Notes under the pieces: model-generated | Told to the model about the DNA's origin: nothing | The model's input: only the letters and a program-made list of their open reading frames with translations | The model's database searches: none | Origin: Kiritimatiellia bacterium | GTDB taxonomy: Bacteria; Verrucomicrobiota; Kiritimatiellia; RFP12; UBA1067 | Direction: 5' to 3' | Assembly (NCBI GenBank): GCA_017563185.1 | Contig: JAFXIL010000195.1 | Coordinates: 16,159-80,158 of the forward strand | DNA length: 64,000 nucleotides | Translations under genes and position numbers: made by a program | In this document: one piece after another, positions 1-9,475 of the stretch | How positions within the stretch are numbered: position 1 is the stretch's first letter | Layout of the letters: each line of letters opens with the position of its first letter

Positions 1-1
1 T

Positions 2-484
2 CTCCACTCCCGCGCGCGCAAGCCCGGCGAGAGCGAGCGCTTCACGTTCCTGATGTGGCAGTACGCCTTCGCTCACAAGCTGCACCGCACGCCCACCAAT
101 CCCGTCGGACGCAGGTTCGACCCGACGGTGCCCTGGATCGACGAAAACATGAATCCCGACACGGCGGACTGGATCGCCCGCACGCTCCTCCATCAGCGCA
201 AGCAGAAACCCCGCGAGCGCGGCAAGGACTACAACCACTCGACGTTCTGCGATCTGGTTGTCTCCGGACTAGTTGGTTTCATGCCGGAGGGCGCGGACGG
301 CTTCTCGGTCGATCCGCTCTGCCCCGCGACGTGGGACTACTTCATTCTCGACAACCTCCGCTACCGCGGCCATGACGTCTCCATCCGTTGGCACCGCGGG
401 CGCGGGCTCACTGTGAAGGTAGACGGACGCGAGGCCGCGCACAGTCAGACGCTCGCCAAGATGCACGTGCGCCTAGAGAAATGA
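2..484 (+). CDS. C-terminal fragment of a glycoside-hydrolase-like protein (5' end lies outside the window)
   Basis: The reading frame is open from the window edge (frame of ORF 53..484). The C-terminal sequence (…WDYFILDNLRYRGHDVSIRWHRGRGLTVKV…) resembles the beta-sandwich C-terminal domain of large secreted glycosidases. No catalytic motif is visible, so the family is unassigned. Confidence 0.35.
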   Translation, partial: LHSRARKPGESERFTFLMWQYAFAHKLHRTPTNPVGRRFDPTVPWIDENMNPDTADWIARTLLHQRKQKPRERGKDYNHSTFCDLVVSGLVGFMPEGADGFSVDPLCPATWDYFILDNLRYRGHDVSIRWHRGRGLTVKVDGREAAHSQTLAKMHVRLEK

Positions 485-500
485 AAGAAAGGCGGTAACG

Positions 501-1880
501 ATGGGCAGCGGTGAATGTCAGGACATAGGTCGGCGCGCGTTTCTTGAACGCGCGGCATGGGCCGTTACCGTGGCGGCAGTCGGAAGCGGCGCGGCGTCGA
601 AGGCCGCGCCCGTGCAGGGTAAGGCGTCCCTCGTGGGATTCGCGGCGTCGAAGCTCGAGAAGATCCGCGTGGCGGTGATCGGCACGGGCGGACGCGGCGG
701 CAGTGCTGTGCATCGTCTTTGCCACGTGCCCGGCGTGGAGGTGGTGGCGCTCTGCGAACTCGACGAGAACAAGGCGAAGCACCATCAGCAGGCGCTGAAG
801 AAGAATGGTTTCAGGGAGCCGCAGCTCTTTATTGGCCCCGAGGCGTACAAGAAGCTGTGCGAATCCGGCGTGTGCGACCTCGTGCACATCAACACGAACT
901 GGGAGTCGCACGGCATGATCGCGCGCTATTCCGTGGAGTGCGGAATACACACGATGGTGGAGGTGCCGGGCGTGCGCAGGATCGACGACGCCTGGGCGAT
1001 CGTGGAAGCCGCCGAGAAGAACCGCTGCCACTGCATGCCGCTCTCCAACTGCTGCTACGACGAGGACGCGATGACGATGATAAACGCGGCGCATGCGGGC
1101 ATCCTCGGCGAGCTCGTGCATGGTGAGGGCTGCTACCTGCACTTCACGCGCAATTTGCGTAGCCAGGGCTTCCAAGACGCCAACAGGATATTCTCGTCGC
1201 TCGAGGCGCTTAGAAACCACACGGGAATGTGCTACTGCGTGCATGCGCTCGGGCCGATCTCGCTCGCGATGAACATCAACAGAGGCGACAGGCTGGAGCA
1301 TCTCGTATCGATGGGCAACAAGGGATTCGGCTGGGAGATGTACGCGCAGAAGAAGTTCGGTCCGAAGGCGAGGGTTTCGCAGATCAGGTTCGAAGCGAAC
1401 GACTTCAACACCACGTGCGTCTACACGGCGCAGGGAAAGACGATCCTCCTTCGGCAGTGCAACGACGTTCCGATGCCGTACACGCGCTTCAACTCCATCT
1501 ATGGCTTCAACGGAACGATCGAGACGCGTCCGCTGCGCGTCGCGGTCGAGAAGAAGTTCGACGCGGGCGCGGGGAACTTTCTTGAAGGCGCCGAGCTTGA
1601 CGCGTTCCGCGCGAAATACGGTTCGCCGCTCTGGAGGAAGGACGCTGCAACGGCCAAACGCATTGGCGGACACGGCGGGCAGGATTACTTCATGGACTTC
1701 CGCTGGGCGCACTGCATCCGCAACGGCCTGCCGCTCGACATGAACGTGTACGACCTCGCCGCGTGGAGCGCCATCTTCGAGCTGAGCGAGAAGAGCGTCC
1801 GTAACCGCTCGCAGGCGCAGGACATTCCCGACTTCATGCGCGGCGCATGGAAGACCACCAAGCCCGACACGGCGATATGA
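501..1880 (+). CDS. Gfo/Idh/MocA-family NAD-binding oxidoreductase with twin-arginine signal peptide (GH109-like)
   Basis: 459 aa. The N-terminus GRRAFLERAAWAVTVAAVGSGAA is a TAT motif (RRxFL). A Rossmann motif VAVIGTGGRGG follows. The size and architecture are typical of GH109 / Gfo-Idh-MocA periplasmic enzymes. RBS gaaagg lies upstream. Confidence 0.8.
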   Translation: MGSGECQDIGRRAFLERAAWAVTVAAVGSGAASKAAPVQGKASLVGFAASKLEKIRVAVIGTGGRGGSAVHRLCHVPGVEVVALCELDENKAKHHQQALKKNGFREPQLFIGPEAYKKLCESGVCDLVHINTNWESHGMIARYSVECGIHTMVEVPGVRRIDDAWAIVEAAEKNRCHCMPLSNCCYDEDAMTMINAAHAGILGELVHGEGCYLHFTRNLRSQGFQDANRIFSSLEALRNHTGMCYCVHALGPISLAMNINRGDRLEHLVSMGNKGFGWEMYAQKKFGPKARVSQIRFEANDFNTTCVYTAQGKTILLRQCNDVPMPYTRFNSIYGFNGTIETRPLRVAVEKKFDAGAGNFLEGAELDAFRAKYGSPLWRKDAATAKRIGGHGGQDYFMDFRWAHCIRNGLPLDMNVYDLAAWSAIFELSEKSVRNRSQAQDIPDFMRGAWKTTKPDTAI

Positions 1881-2099
1881 CGCTGCCTTCCCTCGCGCGG
1901 CGCTGCACACGGCGCAGGCGTCGCGGTCGATGTTCTCGTTCGTAACCTGCGTGTCGGCGAGCTCTCCCGGATAGACAGCGAAAGGCGCCTGGGCGACAAG
2001 CGCGAGCGCCATCGTCGCCATCTCCTTCACAGCATGCTTCTGCTTGTTCGTTTTTACCATGCCGACATTGTACCACACTTACATAATGGCGACATGGGG

Positions 2100-3074
2100 C
2101 TAGAATACGCGGTTGATGATCTCGGCTGCCGAGTTGAGGCAGGCACGGTAGTCGCTTGGCGTCTTTGCGAGCGGGAAGCGGATGCCGGACCAGTCGATCT
2201 TGTGGTGGTTCTTGCCGCTGATGTAGCGGAAGCCGATCTTCTCAAGTTCGGCTATGGCGGAGGCGTCGAGGTTGGAGCCGGCATCCTTGACGATCTGCCG
2301 TACGGCCTCGCGGCGGGCCTCGAGTTCGCCGGAGGGTGGATTGGCGGCGATTACGGCCTCGAGGATCCGGGCGCGGCGGTCGCGCCCAGCGGCCTCTGCC
2401 GCGCGGTATGCGTCGCGCAGAGTCTCCACAACGTGTTCGCGCAGCTCGCCCGTGAACTTCTCGGCGAAGGCAGGGGGCTTCTCGAGCATCACCGACGACG
2501 AAAGCGACGTGCGCTGTGCCTCGACGAGAAGGTCCTTGAGGCGGGATATCTCGCGGTCGCGCTCCTCGATCGCCCGGTCTCGCTCCGCGATAGTGCCATC
2601 GCGGGCGGCGACTTCGGCGGAGAGCCTTGAAATCTCCTCCGGATCCGGACGGGGGGAGGCGCGAAGCTCGTCTAGCTCCTTTAGCGCGGCGGTGTGTTCG
2701 TCTCGCAGCTGGGCGAGGTCGGCGGCCAGGGATTCGCATGCCGCCATCTGCGCTTCGAGCTCACCTGACAACTTGGCTTCTCGCGCGGCTGCGGCCTCGC
2801 GTTCTGCGGCGAGGGCGCTTGCGGCCTGCTCCTCGCGCACTCGTGAAATGGTGGACGGGGTTACGATCGTCGTATGCCGCTCTGGAGCTGCGGGGGTGCG
2901 GGCGTCCTTCCTGCGGTCTTCGCCAGGGCCGAGCAGGGATGAGAAGTAGTCGGACGCGTTTGAGGCGCCCACGAGGGCTCGGTCGGCGGAGGAAACGGGC
3001 TTGGGCGGCTCGGGCGCGGGCTTAGGGGGCGCTGGCTTGAATTTGAGCTTAGAGAGGTCGTTGAAGGTCCCCAT
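2100..3074 (-). CDS. hypothetical coiled-coil protein (Ala/Glu/Arg-rich)
   Basis: 324-aa ORF. The N-terminus is proline/lysine-rich, and the long central region is heptad-like and rich in A/E/R/L. It is divergent from nusA. I recognise no catalytic motif. Confidence 0.5.
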   Translation of the reverse strand: MGTFNDLSKLKFKPAPPKPAPEPPKPVSSADRALVGASNASDYFSSLLGPGEDRRKDARTPAAPERHTTIVTPSTISRVREEQAASALAAEREAAAAREAKLSGELEAQMAACESLAADLAQLRDEHTAALKELDELRASPRPDPEEISRLSAEVAARDGTIAERDRAIEERDREISRLKDLLVEAQRTSLSSSVMLEKPPAFAEKFTGELREHVVETLRDAYRAAEAAGRDRRARILEAVIAANPPSGELEARREAVRQIVKDAGSNLDASAIAELEKIGFRYISGKNHHKIDWSGIRFPLAKTPSDYRACLNSAAEIINRVF

Positions 3075-3234
3075 GGGTCTATGTTCCTTTCATTGGATGT
3101 GTTTCACAAGATTATACCACAAATTTCGGAAACTGTCGCAGCCGCTGAAAGCGACGTGGAAAATGAAGCGCGCGAAACCGCGAAACTAGAAACCACGAAA
3201 CTAGAAGCCGCAACCACTTTTTTCCATTTACCCA

Positions 3235-3263
3235 TTGACTTTTCACCTAAAAAACGATACTAT
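3235..3263 (+). promoter_or_regulatory. putative sigma70-type promoter upstream of nusA (-35 TTGACT, 17-nt spacer, -10 TACTAT)
   Basis: TTGACT at 3235-3240 and TACTAT at 3258-3263 with a 17-nt spacer, about 75 nt upstream of the nusA ATG. The match to the E. coli-type consensus is from sequence only. Confidence 0.35.
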
Positions 3264-3339
3264 TATCGTCGTTTTTCACGGTGGTTCAGCGAATCACCGA
3301 AGTGTTGTTTTGTTTTTTGACAAGAGAGGAAGCTGCATC

Positions 3340-4662
3340 ATGGCCACGAACAATGACTTGTTGGCAATAGTGAACTACATCGAGCGCGAGCGCGGTGTGG
3401 ACCGCGAGATTGTGCTTGGCGCAATCGAGAGCGCGGTAACGAAAGCCGCCGTCAGGAACAATCCCGACGTGACGAGAGACCTCCGCGTGGCCATTGACCG
3501 CAAGACTCTCATGCTGCATGTGTACGACACGAAGGTCGTGACCGACGAGGACTTGGGGCCTGGCTACATTTCCGTGGCGCGCGCGCGCCGCATCAAGCCC
3601 GACGCCGCCGAAGGCGAAACTCTTGAGATCGAGATACCCGCCGCGAAGCTTGGGCGCATAGTGGCCGCCGCCACGCGCCAGGGCATCACGGACGCCATCC
3701 ACAACGCGGAGCGCGACAACACTTTCGTTGAATACAAGAACCGCGTCGGCGAGATCGTGAGCGGCACCGTGACGGCCGTGAACCACCGCGACCTCTACGT
3801 GATGGTTGGCAAGACGGAGATGGTGCTGCCCGGCAAGGAGCGCATCCCCATGGAAGAGCACAAGGTGGGCGATTCGATCCGCGCGATCGTGGACAAGGTG
3901 CGCGACCCCGACGACAACAAGGAGAGGCAGCGCGGCGCCTCCTTCAGCGCGCAGAGCCACGCCGTCATGCTCAGCCGCTCCTCGCCCGAGTTCGTGCGCA
4001 CGCTCTTCCGCCTCGAAGTCTCCGAGATCGCCGACGGCGTGGTGGAGATCATGGGCATCGCCCGCGACGCCGGCTACCACACCAAGATAGCGGTGCGCAC
4101 GCACGACGACAAGGTGGACCCCGTGGGCGCGTGCGTGGGCCTGAAGGGCGCGCGCGTGCGCAACATCGTGCGCGAGCTCAACGGCGAGAAGATCGACATC
4201 GTGCGCTGGAGCGACGACATGAAGAACTACGTGACCCAGGCTCTTGCCCCGGCGAAGCTTGAGTCCGTGGAAGTGGACGTGGCGCGCGGTTCGGTGCATG
4301 CCACCGTGGCGCCCAGCGAATACTCCAAGGCCATCGGCAAACGCGGCCAGAATGTGCGCCTCACCTCAAAGCTCACCGGCTGGCATGTGGAGGTGACCAA
4401 GGCCATGTCGCTCGCAAGCTTCGAAGACCAGAAGGCCGAGGCCATCAAGAACCTTGCCGAGACCTTCAGCGTGTCAACCGCTGTTGCAACGCAGCTTGCC
4501 GATGCCGGCTTCCTCACTGTGGACGGAATCGTGGAGAGCGACGAGGAGGGCTTCATCGCGGCTACCGGACTCGACGAGGTCACCGCCAAGGGCCTCTACG
4601 CCGCCGCTCAGGCGGTGGCCGAGCTTACGGCCCAGGCCGAAGAGGAGAACGGCGAGGGCTGA
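3340..4662 (+). CDS. nusA: transcription termination/antitermination factor NusA
   Basis: The N-terminus MATNNDLLAIVNYIERERGVDREIVLGAIESAV is the classic NusA start. S1 and KH regions follow. It is immediately upstream of infB (conserved synteny). RBS agagagga precedes the ATG at 3340. Confidence 0.9.
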   Translation: MATNNDLLAIVNYIERERGVDREIVLGAIESAVTKAAVRNNPDVTRDLRVAIDRKTLMLHVYDTKVVTDEDLGPGYISVARARRIKPDAAEGETLEIEIPAAKLGRIVAAATRQGITDAIHNAERDNTFVEYKNRVGEIVSGTVTAVNHRDLYVMVGKTEMVLPGKERIPMEEHKVGDSIRAIVDKVRDPDDNKERQRGASFSAQSHAVMLSRSSPEFVRTLFRLEVSEIADGVVEIMGIARDAGYHTKIAVRTHDDKVDPVGACVGLKGARVRNIVRELNGEKIDIVRWSDDMKNYVTQALAPAKLESVEVDVARGSVHATVAPSEYSKAIGKRGQNVRLTSKLTGWHVEVTKAMSLASFEDQKAEAIKNLAETFSVSTAVATQLADAGFLTVDGIVESDEEGFIAATGLDEVTAKGLYAAAQAVAELTAQAEEENGEG

Positions 4663-4720
4663 GAGTCGGTTGCGCGGCAGCAAATTCGTTTCGGCTTCAA
4701 TGTGGTGAGAGGGAATTGTC

Positions 4721-7456
4721 ATGAGAGTATATCAGTTCGCCAAGAAGATCGGCGCCACGTGCGCAACGGTCATGAAATGGGCAGAGGAGTGCGAAATCGA
4801 GGTGTACTCGCCGCTCTCGGAGCTTGAAGGCGATGACGCCAATACGCTGAACGCCCGCTTCCTCAAGGAGGGGCCTGCGACTGTCAAGGCCGAGACTGAG
4901 GCCGTTCGCGCACGCGGAAAGGCGAAGGCCGAGAAGGCTGTGAAGGCGCGCGCCGCCAAGGACAAGGCACAGGCTGAGGCCCTTGAGGCCGCACGCAGGC
5001 GCGCCATGGCCGTACACAACGGCGAGCCTTTCGTGATGACTCCGGCCGAGCCGCCGAAGGCGGAAGAAGTCCACGCAGAGAAGCCGGCGAAGGAGCAGAC
5101 GGAGCCGGTTGAGGAGAAGGGGCCGAAGGTTGAGATCGGAGTGTCCCTGCCCGAACTGCCCAAGGTGAGCTTTGAGATGTCGGAGGAGCAGGACACTTCT
5201 GGCGGAGATGATTTCGAGGACGAAGACGACGAGGACGCTCTCGACTATCTGCAGGGCAAGGACCGCGGACGCTCCTCCAAAAAGGACGTCAAGAAGGAGA
5301 AGGATTCCAAGAAGGACGAGGAGAAGGGTGGCTCCAGGCGCGACCGCGAGAGAGGCGAGCGCGACAGGAAGGACGCTCCTGCGAAGAAGGACCGCGATGT
5401 GCGCGCTACGGCAAGAACTGCCGAGCCTGCCGCCGCGCGCCGTTCTGCCGCGCCAGCTGCGCCCGCAGCGCCTGCTGCCAAGCATCCTGCAGCGCCGCAG
5501 CGCCCCGCCTCCACGCGCGTGGGCGGTCATCGCGCGGGCTTCTCTTCCGTGTCCATGAAGCTGTCACGTCCGCAGGTGCAGATCGGCACTGCCAAGCCGG
5601 TGGTCACGGCAGTCGGCGCGCCGACTGCCGCCCCCGCCGCTCCCGCGAAGCCAACGATATCGCTTTCCGTGTCGACCCGCGAGATCTCGATCCGCGGCGC
5701 GGTGGTGGTGAAGGAGCTCGCGCTCAAGCTCGGCATACGCCCGAACAGGCTAATCGCCGATCTCATGGGCCTGAAGATACTCGCCTCCATCAACCAGCGC
5801 GTCGAGCCGGAGGTGGCCATCAAGGTGGCGCAGAAGTACGGCTACAAGGTGAACGTGGAGCACGCGCGCGACGCTGCGAACAAGAAGCCCGTGCTGAAGT
5901 CGATCGACGCAGACGACGAGATCCCGCAGGACAAGCCCGAGGACATGCAGCCGCGTCCTCCGGTGGTCACCTTCCTCGGCCATGTGGACCACGGCAAGAC
6001 GACTCTCATGGACTACATCCGCCACGCGCACGTGGCGGCCGGCGAGGCTGGCGGCATCACGCAGCAGATCTCCGCCTACCAGGTGGACGTGCAGGGCCGC
6101 AAGATCACGTTCCTCGACACGCCCGGCCACGCCGCGTTCAACGCGATGCGCCAGCGCGGCGCGCAGCTCACCGACATCGCAGTGATCATCATCGCGGCAG
6201 ACGACGGCATCATGCCGCAGACCGAGGAGGCTATCAAGTTCGCCCGCCAGGCCGGCGTGCAGATCATGGTGGCCATCACCAAGTGCGACAAGCCCACCGC
6301 CAACACCCAGCGCGTCAAGCAGCAGCTGCAGAAGGCCGGTCTCACCCCCGAAGAGTGGGGTGGCGACATCGTGTGCTGCGAAGTGTCGGGCGTCTCGGGC
6401 CAGGGCGTGGACAACCTTCTCGAGATGATGCTGCTGCAGGCCGACGTGCTCGAGCTTTCCGCCAACCCTCGCCGCCGCGCCAACGGCTACGTGATCGAGG
6501 CCGAGCTCGAACAGGGCTTCGGCCCCTCCGCCACGCTGCTCGTCACCGGCGGCACCCTCAAGGTGGGCGACGCAATCCTCATCGGCGAGCACTTCGGCAA
6601 GGTGCGCTCTCTCATCGACGACCGCGGCCGCCGCATCAAGGAGGCGCCTCCCGCGACGCCCGTGAAGTGCACTGGTCTCTCCGGCGTGCCCGAAGCAGGC
6701 GCGGAGTTCCGTGTGATGCTCGACGAGAAGCGCGCCCGCACGCTCGCCGAGGAGACGGCCCGTCTGCGCAAGGAGCAGGAGCTTTCGCAGACGAAGGCGC
6801 TCTCGCTCGACGACCTCATGAGCCAGATGAACGCCGGCGACAAGCGCGAGCTGAGCGTGGTAGTGAAGAGCGACACGCAGGGCTCACTCGAGGCGATCGT
6901 CGAGGCGCTGCGCGGCATCAAGAGCGAGAAGGTGGGCCTCAAGATCATCGGCACTGGCACGGGCAACGTCTCCATCACCGACGTGAAGAGCGCCGCCGCT
7001 GGCAAGGCCGTGATCGTGGGCTTCGACATCGGCTGCGACTCCGGCGTGCAGCAGCAGGCCCGCCACGACGGCGTGCGAATCAACTCGTTCCGCATCATCT
7101 ACGAGCTGATCGACCATGTGAAGAAGACCATGCTCGACCTTCTGCCGCCAGAGTACACAGAGAAGATCAAGGGCCACGCCCAGGTCAAGGCGATCTACGA
7201 CATCGGCAAACTCGGAAAAATCGCAGGCTCGCAGATGCTCGACGGCTCTCTCGTGGCCTCGGCCCGCTACCGCATCCTCCGCAACGGCGCCAAGGTGTGG
7301 GAAGGCAAGGTGCAGACGCTGCGCCACTTCAAGGACGAGGTCAAGGAGGTCACCGGCCAGCAGGAATGCGGCATCTGCTTTGCGAACTACGAGGGCTTCG
7401 CCGAGGGCGACGTGGTGGAGTGCTATATCCTCGAGGAACTGCCGCGCTCGCTCTAG
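4721..7456 (+). CDS. infB: translation initiation factor IF-2
   Basis: 911 aa. The N-terminus MRVYQFAKKIG… is IF2-like, with a charged low-complexity linker. The GTPase G1 motif is GHVDHGKTTLMDYIR, and DTPGHAAF and NKCD-like (TKCDK) motifs follow. Synteny is nusA-infB-rbfA. Confidence 0.95.
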   Translation: MRVYQFAKKIGATCATVMKWAEECEIEVYSPLSELEGDDANTLNARFLKEGPATVKAETEAVRARGKAKAEKAVKARAAKDKAQAEALEAARRRAMAVHNGEPFVMTPAEPPKAEEVHAEKPAKEQTEPVEEKGPKVEIGVSLPELPKVSFEMSEEQDTSGGDDFEDEDDEDALDYLQGKDRGRSSKKDVKKEKDSKKDEEKGGSRRDRERGERDRKDAPAKKDRDVRATARTAEPAAARRSAAPAAPAAPAAKHPAAPQRPASTRVGGHRAGFSSVSMKLSRPQVQIGTAKPVVTAVGAPTAAPAAPAKPTISLSVSTREISIRGAVVVKELALKLGIRPNRLIADLMGLKILASINQRVEPEVAIKVAQKYGYKVNVEHARDAANKKPVLKSIDADDEIPQDKPEDMQPRPPVVTFLGHVDHGKTTLMDYIRHAHVAAGEAGGITQQISAYQVDVQGRKITFLDTPGHAAFNAMRQRGAQLTDIAVIIIAADDGIMPQTEEAIKFARQAGVQIMVAITKCDKPTANTQRVKQQLQKAGLTPEEWGGDIVCCEVSGVSGQGVDNLLEMMLLQADVLELSANPRRRANGYVIEAELEQGFGPSATLLVTGGTLKVGDAILIGEHFGKVRSLIDDRGRRIKEAPPATPVKCTGLSGVPEAGAEFRVMLDEKRARTLAEETARLRKEQELSQTKALSLDDLMSQMNAGDKRELSVVVKSDTQGSLEAIVEALRGIKSEKVGLKIIGTGTGNVSITDVKSAAAGKAVIVGFDIGCDSGVQQQARHDGVRINSFRIIYELIDHVKKTMLDLLPPEYTEKIKGHAQVKAIYDIGKLGKIAGSQMLDGSLVASARYRILRNGAKVWEGKVQTLRHFKDEVKEVTGQQECGICFANYEGFAEGDVVECYILEELPRSL

Positions 7457-7480
7457 CGGGACGCGGCCAAGGAGCGTGAA

Positions 7481-7849
7481 ATGGCAGTTGACCGTCTTGA
7501 AAGAGTGAACTCGCTTCTGCGCCGCGTGATCGGCGAGGCGATGTTCCGCGTGCTGCAGGGCGACGACGTGAATCCCGGCGTAGTCACCGTGACCGCCGTC
7601 GCGTGCGCCAAGAACCTGCGCAACGCCACCGTGAAGGTGAGCGTGTTCGGCGACGCAGCCGAGCAGAGCCGCGTGATGGGCCACATCATCCGCCGCACGC
7701 ACGAATTCGAGCGCATCGTCAACGCAGAGGTGCGCCTGAAGTTCACGCCGCAGCTGCGGTTCGTGATCGACCATTCGCTTGAGAAGGGCGACCACGTGCT
7801 CAGCATCATAAGCGAGATCGAGAAGAACGAGAGCGGCGCGAATGGCTAA
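7481..7849 (+). CDS. rbfA: ribosome-binding factor A
   Basis: 122 aa. It has the RbfA-like N-terminus (RVNSLLRRVIGEA) and sits directly after infB. Confidence 0.85.
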   Translation: MAVDRLERVNSLLRRVIGEAMFRVLQGDDVNPGVVTVTAVACAKNLRNATVKVSVFGDAAEQSRVMGHIIRRTHEFERIVNAEVRLKFTPQLRFVIDHSLEKGDHVLSIISEIEKNESGANG

Positions 7850-8567
7850 CCTCGCCTCAATTGCCATGCTTGCAGAGCAGGACGGCCTGCTGCTTGTGGA
7901 CAAACCCGTCCAGATCGCCTCGCACGACGTGCTAAAGGCCGTGAAGACGCGCTTCAACCTGGTGAAGATCGGCCATGGCGGCACGCTCGAGCCCAATGCC
8001 ACGGGCCTTCTTGTGCTTCTCGTGGGCGACGCAACGCGCGTCTCGGGCGACGTGATGGACGGCGACCGCGAATACTCTGCGACAATCCGTCTCGGGCGCG
8101 TGACCGACACTGCGGACCGCGAAGGCCGCACGCTCTCAGAGTCCCCGTTTGACGGCGTCACTCGCGAGGCGCTCGATGCCGCTCTTCCCGAGTTCCGCGG
8201 CGACATTTTCCAGACGCCTCCTGCCTTCAGCGTGATGAAGCGCCCCGACACTCCGTCGTACGGAATCGTCCCCACCGACCCCGCCGACGCCAAGGCCCGC
8301 CTAGTGCACGTGTTCCGCCTGGCCGTGACGGAGTTCGCGCCGCCGCTCGTGTCGTTCGACATCCTCTGCACCAAGGGCGTGTGCGTGCGCGCACTTGCCC
8401 ACGATCTCGGCGCGCAGCTCGGCTGCGGCGCCTCTCTCGAGACGCTGCGCCGCACGCGCTGCGGCAGATTTTCCGTGGACGAGGCGCTTGGCTTCATGGA
8501 CGTGATGAAGCTCGATCCCGTGGCGTTCAAGGACCGTCTCGTTCCAATGGCGAGGGCCTTTGCCTGA
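7842..8567 (+). CDS. truB: tRNA pseudouridine(55) synthase TruB
   Basis: The motif VDKPxxxxSHDVLKAVKTRFNLVKIGHGGTLEPNATGLL carries the TruB catalytic Asp. It overlaps the rbfA end by 8 nt. Confidence 0.9.
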   Translation: MANLASIAMLAEQDGLLLVDKPVQIASHDVLKAVKTRFNLVKIGHGGTLEPNATGLLVLLVGDATRVSGDVMDGDREYSATIRLGRVTDTADREGRTLSESPFDGVTREALDAALPEFRGDIFQTPPAFSVMKRPDTPSYGIVPTDPADAKARLVHVFRLAVTEFAPPLVSFDILCTKGVCVRALAHDLGAQLGCGASLETLRRTRCGRFSVDEALGFMDVMKLDPVAFKDRLVPMARAFA

Positions 8568-9421
8568 TGAACCTCGCCGTGGGCTTCTTCGACGGCGTGC
8601 ATGTCGGCCACCGCCGGATTCTCGCCTGCGCCGATGCAGCGCTCACTTTCCGCGACCATCCCGCGCGCGTGCTTGCGCCGTCGCGCGCGCCTGCGCTGCT
8701 GATGACTTCGTCCGCAAGGCTTGCCGCCGTAGAGGCGGCGCTGCGTCCCGGAGCGACCGGGCGAGTGCGCGCGCTTGATTTCACGCCCGACTTCGCCGCC
8801 GAATCCGCAGAGGCGTTCGCTCTCTGGCTGCGCCGCGAATATCCCGATCTGGAGGAGATTCTCTGCGGACCAAACTGGCGCTTCGGCGCAGGAGGAGTTG
8901 GCGACGCCGCTTTCCTGCGCGAGAGGGGATTTGCCGTGCGCGCGATGCCGTTCGTCGAGATCGACGGTTCGCCCGTCTCCTCCACGCGCATCCGCGCCGC
9001 GATTGCCGCAGGCGACATGGCCGATGCAGCGCGTCTCCTGGGGCGTCCATGGCGCGAGGAGGGCGAGGTCGTTCCGGGTAAGGGTTTGGGACGCGCGCTT
9101 GGATTTCCCACGATGAACGTGAAGGTGGCTGAAGGACTGGTGCGCCCTCCATGCGGCGTGTACGCCGTGGAGACGCCGCTTGGGCGCGCCGTGGCGAACT
9201 GGGGTGTCGCGCCGACGATGGGGGAGAAGGCGTGGGAGCATCCCGTCCTTGAAGTGCATGTGGTCTCAACGCATCCTGTCGCCGCGCCGAAGACGCTTGC
9301 GGTTGACTTTCTCGCGTTCATCCGCCCCGAGCGCGTCTTCTCCGGCGAAGATGCGCTTCGCGCGCAGATCGCCGCCGACATTCTGGCGGCGCAGGGCATG
9401 GACGAATTGTTTCTAAACTGA
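8567..9421 (+). CDS. ribF: bifunctional riboflavin kinase / FAD synthetase
   Basis: The internal start MNLAVGFFDGVHVGH is the nucleotidyltransferase HxGH-type motif. The C-terminal riboflavin-kinase part includes GKGLGRALGFPTMN. Its ATG at 8567 overlaps the truB stop (TGATG). The preceding ORF frame from 8381 is an artefact of the open GC-rich frame. Confidence 0.85.
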   Translation: MNLAVGFFDGVHVGHRRILACADAALTFRDHPARVLAPSRAPALLMTSSARLAAVEAALRPGATGRVRALDFTPDFAAESAEAFALWLRREYPDLEEILCGPNWRFGAGGVGDAAFLRERGFAVRAMPFVEIDGSPVSSTRIRAAIAAGDMADAARLLGRPWREEGEVVPGKGLGRALGFPTMNVKVAEGLVRPPCGVYAVETPLGRAVANWGVAPTMGEKAWEHPVLEVHVVSTHPVAAPKTLAVDFLAFIRPERVFSGEDALRAQIAADILAAQGMDELFLN

Positions 9422-9459
9422 CACTAAGTCACAAGGCATGTCCGCAACGGCTGAAAATG

Positions 9460-9468
9460 TGCTATAAT
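9460..9468 (+). promoter_or_regulatory. extended -10 element TGcTATAAT, 7 nt upstream of the sod ATG (leaderless-type arrangement)
   Basis: TGCTATAAT at 9460-9468; the ATG at 9476 follows a 7-nt spacer. The same architecture recurs at 24456 and 25628. Confidence 0.4.
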
Positions 9469-9475
9469 GTCTGCC

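Noticed and set aside
408-2078. Long antisense ORFs opposite real genes: 408..2078(-), 3286..4299(-), 5750..6592(-), 6884..9259(-), 12622..13965(-), 25452..27380(-), 33059..34453(-), 34471..35703(-), 36599..38308(-), 38081..39472(+), 39249..40502(-), 49185..50513(+), 53270..54223(-), 55984..56691(-), 57497..58675(-), 59435..61012(+) and many shorter ones
   Set aside because: They are Arg/Ala/Pro/Gly-rich with no motifs. Each overlaps a gene with clear homology on the other strand or in another frame. This is the open-frame artefact typical of about 68% GC DNA.
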